Shown in pieces: positions 19,464-27,406 of a stretch of 30,588 nt of DNA (the first letter of the stretch is position 1; every line of letters starts with the position of its first letter). The DNA lies in contig JBFWWG010000022.1 in assembly GCA_050246315.1 (NCBI GenBank), positions 1-30,588 of the forward strand, written 5' to 3'. A model generated the notes under the pieces. That model was given only the letters and a program-made list of their open reading frames with translations. It had not been told where the DNA came from and did not search any database. Position numbers and translations under genes: made by a program. This DNA is from Nitrospiraceae bacterium (GTDB lineage: Bacteria > Nitrospirota > Nitrospiria > Nitrospirales > Nitrospiraceae).

Positions 19464-19920
19464 TGTACAGGGAACCGGCCAGATGAATGTCTTTGTGGAT
19501 CTCGCAATAGTAGCGAGCGGCCTGACCCGCCGCCTTGTCGGCCAAGAGACTAATGCCGTCAACTCTTACTCTCCTGCGTTCTCCCGGCTTAACGGCCACC
19601 GTCATCGACTGGGCATAGACCAACCTGATAGGCTCGGCAAGATCGCTGCCGCTCTCAGGCCAGAGCACATGTTCGCGAGTGACGAATTGCACCCCCGGCA
19701 TCGCAAAGGTATGCTCGACGCTCGTTGGATTGGTCAGGATAAAAATGAGGTCTTCCTCCTTGTCGAACGCACGCTCCAACAGCACCGTGTCAGTTCGCCA
19801 GATAGGCTGATTTTCTTGAGACTCAGCCGCGACGAAATGCACCTCCTTACTCCAAGACGGCTCGGCGGCAACTATCGCGAACAGCGCCAGAAGAATGGTT
19901 CGAGACAGGAACATAGACAT
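19456..19920 (-). CDS. Secreted cupredoxin-like (nitrosocyanin-like) protein, paralog 3
   Basis: Signal peptide ending PSWS-KE; LTNPTSVEHTFAMP, VAVKPGE, YYCEIHKDIHLAGSL. SD AAGGAGGT before ATG 19920. Confidence 0.85.
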   Translation of the reverse strand: MSMFLSRTILLALFAIVAAEPSWSKEVHFVAAESQENQPIWRTDTVLLERAFDKEEDLIFILTNPTSVEHTFAMPGVQFVTREHVLWPESGSDLAEPIRLVYAQSMTVAVKPGERRRVRVDGISLLADKAAGQAARYYCEIHKDIHLAGSLYIM

Positions 19921-19991
19921 GAGTCGCACCTCCTTCGATGATAGGGGCGAGAGCCTGACCGTACGATCGCTCTCGATTGACCAGCGTCATG

Positions 19992-20007
19992 AGCAAGGGC
20001 GATGCCA
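19992..20007 (-). promoter_or_regulatory. sigma54 (-24/-12) promoter for paralog 3
   Basis: Minus strand TGGCATCGCCCTTGCT(CAT); 18/19 identical to the paralog 2 promoter. Confidence 0.85.
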
Positions 20008-20122
20008 ATCAATCGAACCTGTGCCGCGATCGGCCGAAGACAAGAAACACCTGGAGTTAGAAGGAGTTTAGGCCGATCGCTCGACACCTCCAAAACAGGG
20101 GATCGATCGCGATGAATTCGAA

Positions 20123-20158
20123 CCGTGAACGACAACGGTGGGCCACGAAGACAGACGG
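20123..20158. promoter_or_regulatory. Tandem enhancer-like sites (UAS): CCGT-N8-ACGG and CCAC-N8-ACGG
   Basis: CCGTGAACGACAACGG-TGGG-CCACGAAGACAGACGG; 116 bp from the -24 element, the same offset as at 18028. Confidence 0.7.
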
Positions 20159-20324
20159 GATGCGGTGCAACTGCCTGTGTGAAGATGCCTCGATCACGAA
20201 GATGGTAGCGGCCCGGACATCGCTCCTACCGGAGCGCGGCAAGGTGGGAAACGGCTTCTAGGGACTGTATGATAAACGGAAGTGGCGCGTCCGAGGTGCC
20301 GACAGATGATCAGAGGACGGTGAC

Positions 20325-21866
20325 ATGACTAAGAACGAATTGAATTACGAAATCCTGCTTGAGGTCACCAACGTCCTGAACCTGCAGCGCGATTGGGAAG
20401 GGCTCTGGAAGGCCGTGACCAAACAGATCCAGCGGGTCGTTCCCTGGGATCGAGCGGGCATTCTGCTCTACGACCCCCAACAGGACGGATTCCGATTTTA
20501 CGCCGTCGTGACCAATGCGCCACCGGCATTGAGCGCCGACACCATCGTGCCGCGCCGGGGAAGCGCCATGGGTTGGGTGTACGATCACAAGGAGGTCCAC
20601 GTGCGCCCCAACCTGCATCAACAGCAGGTTTTCCTGGAAGACAAGTATTACCTGGAGGAAGGGCTCGGACGCATGATCAATTTCCCGCTCCTCGTCCAGG
20701 ATGAATGTCTGGGCACTCTAAACATCGGAAGTCGCCAGACCGGGGATCCGGACCCGGACGATGTCAAGTTTCTCCAACTGGTCGCCACCCACATCGCCAC
20801 GGCAATTGCTCAGGTGCGCGCGTACGAAGAGATCAAGCGCCTGAGCGAGCAGCTTAAGCGGCAAAATGAATACCTGGCGGAAGAGGTCAAGCTCAGCCGC
20901 AATTTTGGAACCATGGTGGGCCAATCCCCGGCATTCCGCCATGTGCTCGATCTCATTCGAGCGGTCGCCCCAACCTCCACGACCGTCCTGTTATTGGGCG
21001 AAACCGGGACCGGCAAAGAACTCTTGGCTAGGGCCGTTCACGACGGAAGCCCCCGCCATCACAAACCGTTCATCCGCGTGAACTGCGCCGCCCTGCCCGG
21101 AGGGTTGGTCGAGAGCGAGTTGTTCGGACATGAGCGAGGCGCCTTCACCGGCGCCAGTTCCCAGCGACCGGGACGCTTCGAACTTGCCAACAGTGGTACG
21201 CTGTTCCTCGACGAAATCGGGGAGATGCCGCTAGAGGCCCAGGCCAAACTCCTCCGCGTCCTGCAAGACGGGATGGTCGATCGCATAGGGAGCACCGCGC
21301 CCGTCCCCGTCGATGTCCGCATCGTGGCGGCGACCAACGCCCATCTTCAGGACGCGATCAAGAAGGGAACGTTTCGCTCGGACCTCTTCTACCGTCTACA
21401 CGTCTTTCCCGTCTCAATACCTCCGCTCCGCGAACGGCGGGAGGACATCCCGCTTCTCGCGGACCATTTCCTCGCGCAAGCGGCCATCAAACTGAAGCGG
21501 CGTCACCTGAAGCTGGGCCGTCAGTCGCTGGAACGGCTACAGGAGTATGCTTGGCCGGGCAACATCCGAGAACTGCAGAGCCTGATCGATCGGGCGGTCA
21601 TCCTTTCGACCGGCGATACGGTCGAGATTGACGAGGCCTTCTTCCCCAAAGCGTCTTACACGCCGGAGCCGACGGTATCGGAAGCGATGCCGACAACCCT
21701 CCATCAGCTTGAGCATGAGCACATTATCGCCGTCTTGAACAGGACCGGCTGGCGGATCTACGGTCCGCAAGGCGCTGCCGCCCAATTGGGGCTCAATCCG
21801 GAGACGCTGCGGAGCAAGATTCGTAAATTGGGTCTCAAGAAGCCCTCGCCGACCCTGTCCACCTGA
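20325..21866 (+). CDS. sigma54-dependent activator (GAF-AAA+-HTH; FhlA/NifA-like bEBP)
   Basis: N-terminal GAF; GETGTGKE (Walker A), ESELFGHERGAFTGA, LFLDEIGE, RSDLFYRL, WPGNIREL; Fis-type HTH GAAAQLGLNPETLRSKIRKLG. Confidence 0.95.
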   Translation: MTKNELNYEILLEVTNVLNLQRDWEGLWKAVTKQIQRVVPWDRAGILLYDPQQDGFRFYAVVTNAPPALSADTIVPRRGSAMGWVYDHKEVHVRPNLHQQQVFLEDKYYLEEGLGRMINFPLLVQDECLGTLNIGSRQTGDPDPDDVKFLQLVATHIATAIAQVRAYEEIKRLSEQLKRQNEYLAEEVKLSRNFGTMVGQSPAFRHVLDLIRAVAPTSTTVLLLGETGTGKELLARAVHDGSPRHHKPFIRVNCAALPGGLVESELFGHERGAFTGASSQRPGRFELANSGTLFLDEIGEMPLEAQAKLLRVLQDGMVDRIGSTAPVPVDVRIVAATNAHLQDAIKKGTFRSDLFYRLHVFPVSIPPLRERREDIPLLADHFLAQAAIKLKRRHLKLGRQSLERLQEYAWPGNIRELQSLIDRAVILSTGDTVEIDEAFFPKASYTPEPTVSEAMPTTLHQLEHEHIIAVLNRTGWRIYGPQGAAAQLGLNPETLRSKIRKLGLKKPSPTLST

Positions 21867-22007
21867 CCGCACCTGCCGGCTCCACCTCCTCTTCCCTCCC
21901 CGAGGGCTGAACGGGACAGTCCGCACGCGATCAGCGGCCACCCGGCCAAGTCGAGTCCTCAAGAAGATCGAAGCTGTCTTGGGAAGCGGAAGGAACGGAA
22001 CAACCGC

Positions 22008-22775
22008 TCAGCTCGGCTGGTCTCCGGAATAGTCGTAGAATAGGTCGCGGGATTCCACCAACCGAACCAGTTCGAGTTGTGCGCCGGAGAGGGACGGTGT
22101 CAGTAAGTGCCAGGCCCGCTGGGCGAGTTGCTCGCCGGTCATGGATGGCGGAGCAGATTGCAAGCCGGGAAGGACCTGTTCCCGGACGAGTTGGTCAAGG
22201 CGACGAAGGTCCGTGACCATGCCGGTGATCTCGTCGATCGCCCCCTCCACTGTGATAAAGAGGTCGCTGTCATAGGCGCGGAGGTCAGGCCCGGCCGATC
22301 GCCCTCCCCGACCTACCCCCCGTAAGAAGCTGTAGCGTCTCGTCACAGCCGCGCGATCAAGGCCGACTGATCCGCGCACGGCGGCAGCAAGGTCCTCATC
22401 CTCGACCAATTTGACCGTATGGAGCCGGCCGATATTGCGATGGCGCTCAAGGCAGCGCCACAAGACACGGGCAATGTTCTCGGTCGTGGGAATCCGGTCC
22501 TTGAAATAAGGCGTGTCCAGGTTCAGGTGCTTATGGTCGAACTCTTCGAGCACCTGCTTGAGCACGACTTTCAAATCGTAGAGGTTCACGACCATCCCGG
22601 TCTGGCGATCGACTGCTCCGGCCACCGTCACTTCGAGAAAATAGTTATGGCCGTGACCCGGATCGTTGAAACAAGCCCCGAAGGCCTCGCGGTTTCTGGC
22701 CTCGCTCCATTCTTCGCGCGCATAGCGGTGCGCCGCAGCAAACTCGATCCCCTTGGTTAGCAATACCTCCGACAT
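22008..22775 (-). CDS. 6-pyruvoyl/6-carboxy-tetrahydropterin synthase family protein with two T-fold domains
   Basis: FAAAHRY, CFNDPGHGHNY, TGMVVNL..LK, FDHKHLN, PTTENIA; degenerate second repeat (ITVEGAIDEITGMVTDL, TGEQLA). Confidence 0.88.
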   Translation of the reverse strand: MSEVLLTKGIEFAAAHRYAREEWSEARNREAFGACFNDPGHGHNYFLEVTVAGAVDRQTGMVVNLYDLKVVLKQVLEEFDHKHLNLDTPYFKDRIPTTENIARVLWRCLERHRNIGRLHTVKLVEDEDLAAAVRGSVGLDRAAVTRRYSFLRGVGRGGRSAGPDLRAYDSDLFITVEGAIDEITGMVTDLRRLDQLVREQVLPGLQSAPPSMTGEQLAQRAWHLLTPSLSGAQLELVRLVESRDLFYDYSGDQPS

Positions 22776-22805
22776 GGCAGTACTTTTCTAAGCCTTATGA
22801 GCTCG

Positions 22806-22861
22806 AAAAAAGGACAAGGGCCAGGAGATCACGACGCTGACCGTCCTGACCCTGGCCCTTG
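22806..22861 (-). terminator. Probable intrinsic terminator after erpA
   Basis: CAAGGGCCAGG/CCTGGCCCTTG 11 bp stem followed on the minus strand by TCCTTTTTT. Confidence 0.6.
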
Positions 22862-22917
22862 CATAGATTGGATGATCGGCATGGGGGCGAGAACGACAAC
22901 TCCCATGGCGGTCTTGC

Positions 22918-23238
22918 TTAGGCGCTGAAGGAACTGCCGCAACCGCAGGTCGTCTTCGCCTGCGGATTCTTGATCGAAAACCCGGACCCCTGAAGGCTAT
23001 CCACATAATCCACCTCCGCTCCGTTCAGAAGCGGGGCGCTTTGCGGATCCATAATGACCTTGATGCCGCCCTTTTCGATGATCGTATCGTCCTCTCCGAT
23101 CTTGGACTCGAAGGCCATGCCGTACTGATAACCGTGACAGCCTCCGCCTCGGACGTAGATGCGCAGACCCTCCACATCCGGCTCTTCCTTCATGAGTTCC
23201 CGAATCTTACTCTCCGCGGTATCGGTGATGGTGACCAT
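22918..23238 (-). CDS. erpA: A-type Fe-S insertion protein (ErpA/HesB family)
   Basis: LRIYVRGGGCHGYQYG, LQGSGFSIKNPQAKTTCGCGSSFS; SD AAGGAGG; own TTGACT/TATACT-like promoter at about 23285-23315. Confidence 0.9.
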   Translation of the reverse strand: MVTITDTAESKIRELMKEEPDVEGLRIYVRGGGCHGYQYGMAFESKIGEDDTIIEKGGIKVIMDPQSAPLLNGAEVDYVDSLQGSGFSIKNPQAKTTCGCGSSFSA

Positions 23239-23375
23239 TGCGCGCTCCTCCTTTGATCCATGAAAAGGACCGGACCGTTGGGTTAGTATATAATGCTGGC
23301 TTAGCCCTCAGTCAACGTCACGGCCGTAATTTACCTCTTCCTCTGAGAAGGCGCCCCAACCCGTCAGATTCAGGA

Positions 23376-23963
23376 TCACTCACCGGTCAAATCCGTCAAC
23401 CACTCTTGCTGCATCTCCCGAGGCACCACTGCCTCAGCCCGATAGTTCGAATGGTCAACCCGAAGGGACACAAGTGGCGTCCCCTGCTGCAAGATCTTGA
23501 TAAATCGAGGACTTGGACGAAATCGCACGAAATGCACCGCGCTGATTTTGTCCTCTTTGCTATGTCCGCCTTCGAACGTGCCCTCAACGCCCTCCGTGTC
23601 CGCAACCAACCAGACCGTTCGGCCTCGATCGATGCCTTGAAACGCATCGAGGTCCCGCTTCACGTCGGCCGATTCGGTCACCTCGATAAAGAGCGTAGCG
23701 CTTAACTCACCAGGACCGGGCAACAGGGCATTGTACACATCCAGTTCCTCTTGAACCTTCACAGGATCGACGATCCGTTCTGCCCGGATCATCTCCTGCA
23801 CCTGAAATTGCAGGGTGTCGCGATTTTCAAAGAGGAGCGTCACTTTGTCGCCGACCGACAGTCGGCGGCGGGCCTTCAGCGCGATGAGACGCCGGCGAAA
23901 TGCTTCCCGTTGGCGCTCGTATTCCTCATAGGGGATCAGATGTTCCTTGCTCAGCGCCTTCAT
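23376..23963 (-). CDS. DUF3501 family protein
   Basis: LLFENRDTLQFQVQEMIRAERI, ELDVYNALLP, LSATLFIE, KISAVHFVRF; adjacent to rubrerythrin and the Fe-S oxidoreductase. Confidence 0.9.
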   Translation of the reverse strand: MKALSKEHLIPYEEYERQREAFRRRLIALKARRRLSVGDKVTLLFENRDTLQFQVQEMIRAERIVDPVKVQEELDVYNALLPGPGELSATLFIEVTESADVKRDLDAFQGIDRGRTVWLVADTEGVEGTFEGGHSKEDKISAVHFVRFRPSPRFIKILQQGTPLVSLRVDHSNYRAEAVVPREMQQEWLTDLTGE

Positions 23964-25237
23964 GAGGGCAATCCATAGGCGTTACGGACAATCTGAATCG
24001 GATGGAGTGTCCGTTTCCCGGCGAACGCGGTCGAGTCGCCGCCGGCCTGGTCCAACTGTAACCCGGCGAGCGGGCAATCAGATGCGACCAGATCGGCGGG
24101 TACCTGATCGATCTCGCGGACCGCCTTCTTGGCAATCTTCATGGAGAGATCGAAGAACTCCGTCTTGGCCGCCCAAGTGCCGTCGTGCCCGGAACAACGT
24201 TCGATGACCTCCACCTGCGCCCCCGCCGTTTCCATCAACTCCTTCGATTTGAAACCGATGTTCTGGTCTCGCAGGTGGCAAGGAATTTGGTAGGCCACCC
24301 TGCCCGGCTTTCGTACAAAATCCGTCGCAAGCCGGCCGGCGCGCTTGGCGCGCATGAGATACTCGCAGACATCGAATGTGCGTTCGGCAACCGCGTCAGC
24401 CTCCCCGCCGGGGAACAGATAGGGATATTCCCGTTTCAGCATCAAACTGCAGCTCGGCACGGGGACCACCACGTCATAGCCTTGCTCGACGTATGGACGG
24501 AGCGATTGTAAATTCGCACGCGCAGCCTGGCGGATCGCGTCGATATCGCCGATGTCGAACGCGGGCATGCCGCAGCAGCGCTGTTCCGGGAACGCCACTT
24601 CATAGCCGTTCTTCTCCAGCACTTGCACGGTCGCTCGTCCCACATCGGTGGCCTGGTAATTCACTAGACAACTGGCAAAGAGGGCAACTTTCCCGTTGGC
24701 CATGTCCGGCCGATTGGCGGGAGCCCTCCGTTCCCACCACCGAGCGAACGTTTCCCGCTGGAACGGCAGGAGTCGTCGCTCTCGATGAATCCCCAGCATC
24801 TGATCGAAAAGGACTCGAAACCACGGAATCCGGAGCGTCCAATTGACCATCCCCGCGAACCGGCTACTGATTGACCCGATGAAATCCGTCTTCACGAGGA
24901 GACGATCCCTCCAGGAGGCTCCCTGCTCTTGAGCTTTCTGCTGCTTCCAGACGATCATCAACCGCGGGAAATCGATCTCATACTGGTGCGGCGGCGTGTA
25001 GGGACAGTGGTTGTAACAGAGCTTGCAGTAGTAACACTCATCCACTACCCGATGGTAATCGTCGGGGTGAAGCTTGGTCAGATCGCCTTCCTGCGCGTCG
25101 ATCCGATCGAAGAGCGTATTAAACGACGGGCATAGGTTGAAACAACGCCGGCACCCGTCGCAGACCTCGAAGATGCGATCTGTTTCACGTTTGACATCGG
25201 CTGGGGAGGCCGGCGTCAGCAGGCTCAAGCCCTTCAT
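23960..25237 (-). CDS. Rubrerythrin-associated Fe-S oxidoreductase (GlpC/HdrD-like, CCG domains)
   Basis: [12 protein letters not shown] and [12 protein letters not shown] ferredoxin motifs; QRCCGMP, PSCS, CHLR, RCSG, SDCP. Confidence 0.9.
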   Translation of the reverse strand: MKGLSLLTPASPADVKRETDRIFEVCDGCRRCFNLCPSFNTLFDRIDAQEGDLTKLHPDDYHRVVDECYYCKLCYNHCPYTPPHQYEIDFPRLMIVWKQQKAQEQGASWRDRLLVKTDFIGSISSRFAGMVNWTLRIPWFRVLFDQMLGIHRERRLLPFQRETFARWWERRAPANRPDMANGKVALFASCLVNYQATDVGRATVQVLEKNGYEVAFPEQRCCGMPAFDIGDIDAIRQAARANLQSLRPYVEQGYDVVVPVPSCSLMLKREYPYLFPGGEADAVAERTFDVCEYLMRAKRAGRLATDFVRKPGRVAYQIPCHLRDQNIGFKSKELMETAGAQVEVIERCSGHDGTWAAKTEFFDLSMKIAKKAVREIDQVPADLVASDCPLAGLQLDQAGGDSTAFAGKRTLHPIQIVRNAYGLPS

Positions 25238-25360
25238 CGTCGAAACTCACCACAAGAGGGCCCGGGGTCTTCAGCGTCGCCCCAGGCCCGGTACGGTTAT
25301 GATTGTTGTCTTAACCAAAATTGTCCGCCGGCGGCGAATGCCGCTGCGGCCCTTCGTCAC

Positions 25361-25789
25361 TCAACCCTTGTTCAATCCTTCCAATCCCTTGGTGAACCGG
25401 TTCGCATGCGAACGCTCGGCCTTGGCCAACGTTTCAAACCATTCGGCCAGTTCGGCAAAGCCTTCGTCCCGCGCGGTCTTGGCCATGCCCGGATACATCT
25501 GCGTGTATTCGTAGGTTTCGCCCTCGATCGCCGCCTTCAAGTTGGCTTCGGTGTTCCCGATTGGAACGCCGGTCGCCGGATCCCCGACCTCTTTGAGAAA
25601 ATCCAAATGGCCGAACGCATGACCGGTCTCCGCCTCCGACGTATCCCGGAAGAGGCCACCCACGTCCGGGTACCCTTCGATGTCCGCCCGGCGGGCGAAG
25701 TACAGGTACCGGCGATTGGCCTGGGATTCGCCGGCAAACGCGTGCTTGAGATTTTCATGGCTCTTGGTCCCATTCAAACTCTTTCCCAT
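25361..25789 (-). CDS. rbr: Rubrerythrin (short, no rubredoxin domain)
   Basis: [41 protein letters not shown] di-iron ligands; SD AAGGAGGT. Confidence 0.95.
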   Translation of the reverse strand: MGKSLNGTKSHENLKHAFAGESQANRRYLYFARRADIEGYPDVGGLFRDTSEAETGHAFGHLDFLKEVGDPATGVPIGNTEANLKAAIEGETYEYTQMYPGMAKTARDEGFAELAEWFETLAKAERSHANRFTKGLEGLNKG

Positions 25790-25896
25790 CTCGAACCTCC
25801 TTCTGTGTGAATCGTCACCAGTGCTCCTCTCATCACGGATCGGCTACACGCCGAGAGCCCTTGTCCATCCGACGACCAACGTTGTGGTCTGGATGA

Positions 25897-26358
25897 TTAT
25901 GTCCGGCCTTTGCGGCCTCGCCGCCCACGACGACAGCTCTCGCAGACCCCATGAAATTCCACCCGATGCCGGCGGACCTCAAACCCTTTCGCAACGGCGG
26001 ATGACAGCGAGAGGTGGTCCAACCGTTCGTCCATCACATCCTCAATCCGCCGACAGTCGACGCAAATGAGGTGGTGATGGGGAGCGAGGTTCCCGTCGAA
26101 TCGCGCTCCATCGTGTCCAAGATTGACCTCTTGCACCAGCCCCGCCCGCCTCAGCGCGCTCAGGGTGTAATAGACGGTATTCTGTGAAATATTCGGACAG
26201 GTCCGTCTCACGGACATATAGAGCGCCTCCGCCGTCGGATGGCTTGTCGTCGTCACCAACGCGCGGTAAATGGCGGCTCGCTGAGGGGTCAGTCGCAATC
26301 CGCACTCGCGAAACCGACGACGAACCTGCTTCTCTATTGGTACGGCCTTCGTCGCCAT
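25897..26358 (-). CDS. perR: Fur-family regulator, PerR-like
   Basis: GLRLTPQR, HPTAE, TVY.TL, RFDGNLAPHHHLICVDCRRIEDV (Asp ligands as in PerR), CESC. Confidence 0.85.
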   Translation of the reverse strand: MATKAVPIEKQVRRRFRECGLRLTPQRAAIYRALVTTTSHPTAEALYMSVRRTCPNISQNTVYYTLSALRRAGLVQEVNLGHDGARFDGNLAPHHHLICVDCRRIEDVMDERLDHLSLSSAVAKGFEVRRHRVEFHGVCESCRRGRRGRKGRT

Positions 26359-26359
26359 A

Positions 26360-26378
26360 GTTAGGAATGATTCCTAAC
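26360..26378. promoter_or_regulatory. Perfect 9-1-9 palindrome (Per/Fur box)
   Basis: GTTAGGAAT-G-ATTCCTAAC, one base from the perR ATG; TTGACC on the minus strand at 26395-26400. Confidence 0.8.
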
Positions 26379-26529
26379 ACGTGCATGACGGGAAGGTCAA
26401 GGCGACAGCGAAGGATAGGCCGGATAAGGAGCGATCGCCCTCATCCGTCATGCAAGACGGACCGCGTCAGATCCGAGATGCGCTCCACTAAAGGCCATCG
26501 GCCTCGTCCGAATCGCGTCTTTCCGACAG

Positions 26530-27114
26530 TTACCGTTTGGTGGCTGGGGTTTCCTGCACGGAGGGATAGTACTGGGGAAGTTCTTCCTGCATCTCCTTTA
26601 GAGGGCGATAGGCATGATCCTTCGGCGAGAGCAGAGGAGTGGCAATGGGCCAGGCGATAGCCAAATCCGGATCGTTCCAGAGAATGCCGCGTTCGTCCTT
26701 CGGCGAATAGACATCCGTGCACTTGTAAAGAAAATCAGCGCTATCGCTCAACACGCAGAACCCATGTGCAAAGCCAGGTGGGACGTACAACTGCGCCGGC
26801 TCGTCTCCGGACAATTCATAGCCCACCCATTGGCCGAACGTGGGTGATCCAACCCGAATATCGACCGCCACATCGTACACCCGGCCGGACAAGACCGTCA
26901 CCAGCTTGCCCTGTGGATGCCCCAACTGATAGTGCAGCCCCCGCAATACGCCCCTCAGTGATCGGGAGAAATTGTCCTGGACGAATACGGCGTCGATCCC
27001 CAATTCGGCATATCGGTCTGTCCGGTGGATCTCAAAAAACGAGCCGCGGGTATCGCGGTACAGGTTCGGCTCGATCAGCAGCACCTCCGGTAATGACATC
27101 GGACGAATGCGCAC
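26530..27114 (-). CDS. rfbC: dTDP-4-dehydrorhamnose 3,5-epimerase
   Basis: DTRGSFFE, FVQDNFSRS..GVLRGLHYQ, DVAVDIRVGSPTFGQW, PPGFAHGF, LLSPKD. GTG start at 27114 after SD GGGGAG. Confidence 0.95.
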   Translation of the reverse strand: MRIRPMSLPEVLLIEPNLYRDTRGSFFEIHRTDRYAELGIDAVFVQDNFSRSLRGVLRGLHYQLGHPQGKLVTVLSGRVYDVAVDIRVGSPTFGQWVGYELSGDEPAQLYVPPGFAHGFCVLSDSADFLYKCTDVYSPKDERGILWNDPDLAIAWPIATPLLSPKDHAYRPLKEMQEELPQYYPSVQETPATKR

Positions 27115-27150
27115 GGTATGCTCCCCCTTCGGCTGTTGTGCCACCCGCTC

Positions 27151-27370
27151 CTTAGCCCGCATTAATCATGACGGTTCGTCACGAAATGGCGGAGGCGCAC
27201 AGCGAAACGAGCGCGCGGCGGCGCAAGACCTCGAAGCATACTTGAAACAGTATGTTGAGGAGGCGAGCGGCGAGCCCGCCCGCCTGCACCGTGGAATACG
27301 TGTGCAGGCTTGTCGCAGCAGCGAATCCGCAATTATTGTAGTAGAAACATTCATGAATAATGCGGCTGAG
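27151..27370. mobile_element. MITE-like element (about 220 bp) with terminal inverted repeats
   Basis: CCGCATTAATCATGA (27157-27171) vs TCATGAATAATGCGG (27351-27365), 14/15 inverted match; internal hairpin CATACT-TGAAAC-AGTATG; intergenic, no transposase. Confidence 0.65.
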
Positions 27371-27406
27371 GCCAGGCCATCGCCGCGCAGCCCATTGCGA
27401 ATATGG

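Noticed and set aside
18891..19562. Minus-strand frame interrupted by TAG codons (19119, 18891), suggesting amber read-through
   Set aside because: The translation looks like the antisense shadow of the + frame, no pyl genes are in the window, and TAG is used as a normal stop elsewhere (for example hscB, hscA).
23267..23291. Possible IscR-type box upstream of erpA (minus strand ATATACTAACCCAACGGTCCGGTCC)
   Set aside because: Only ATATAC and GGTC match the boxes at 4524-4580; too weak to call.
27166..27354. 62 aa minus-strand ORF
   Set aside because: Lies entirely within the MITE, between its inverted repeats.
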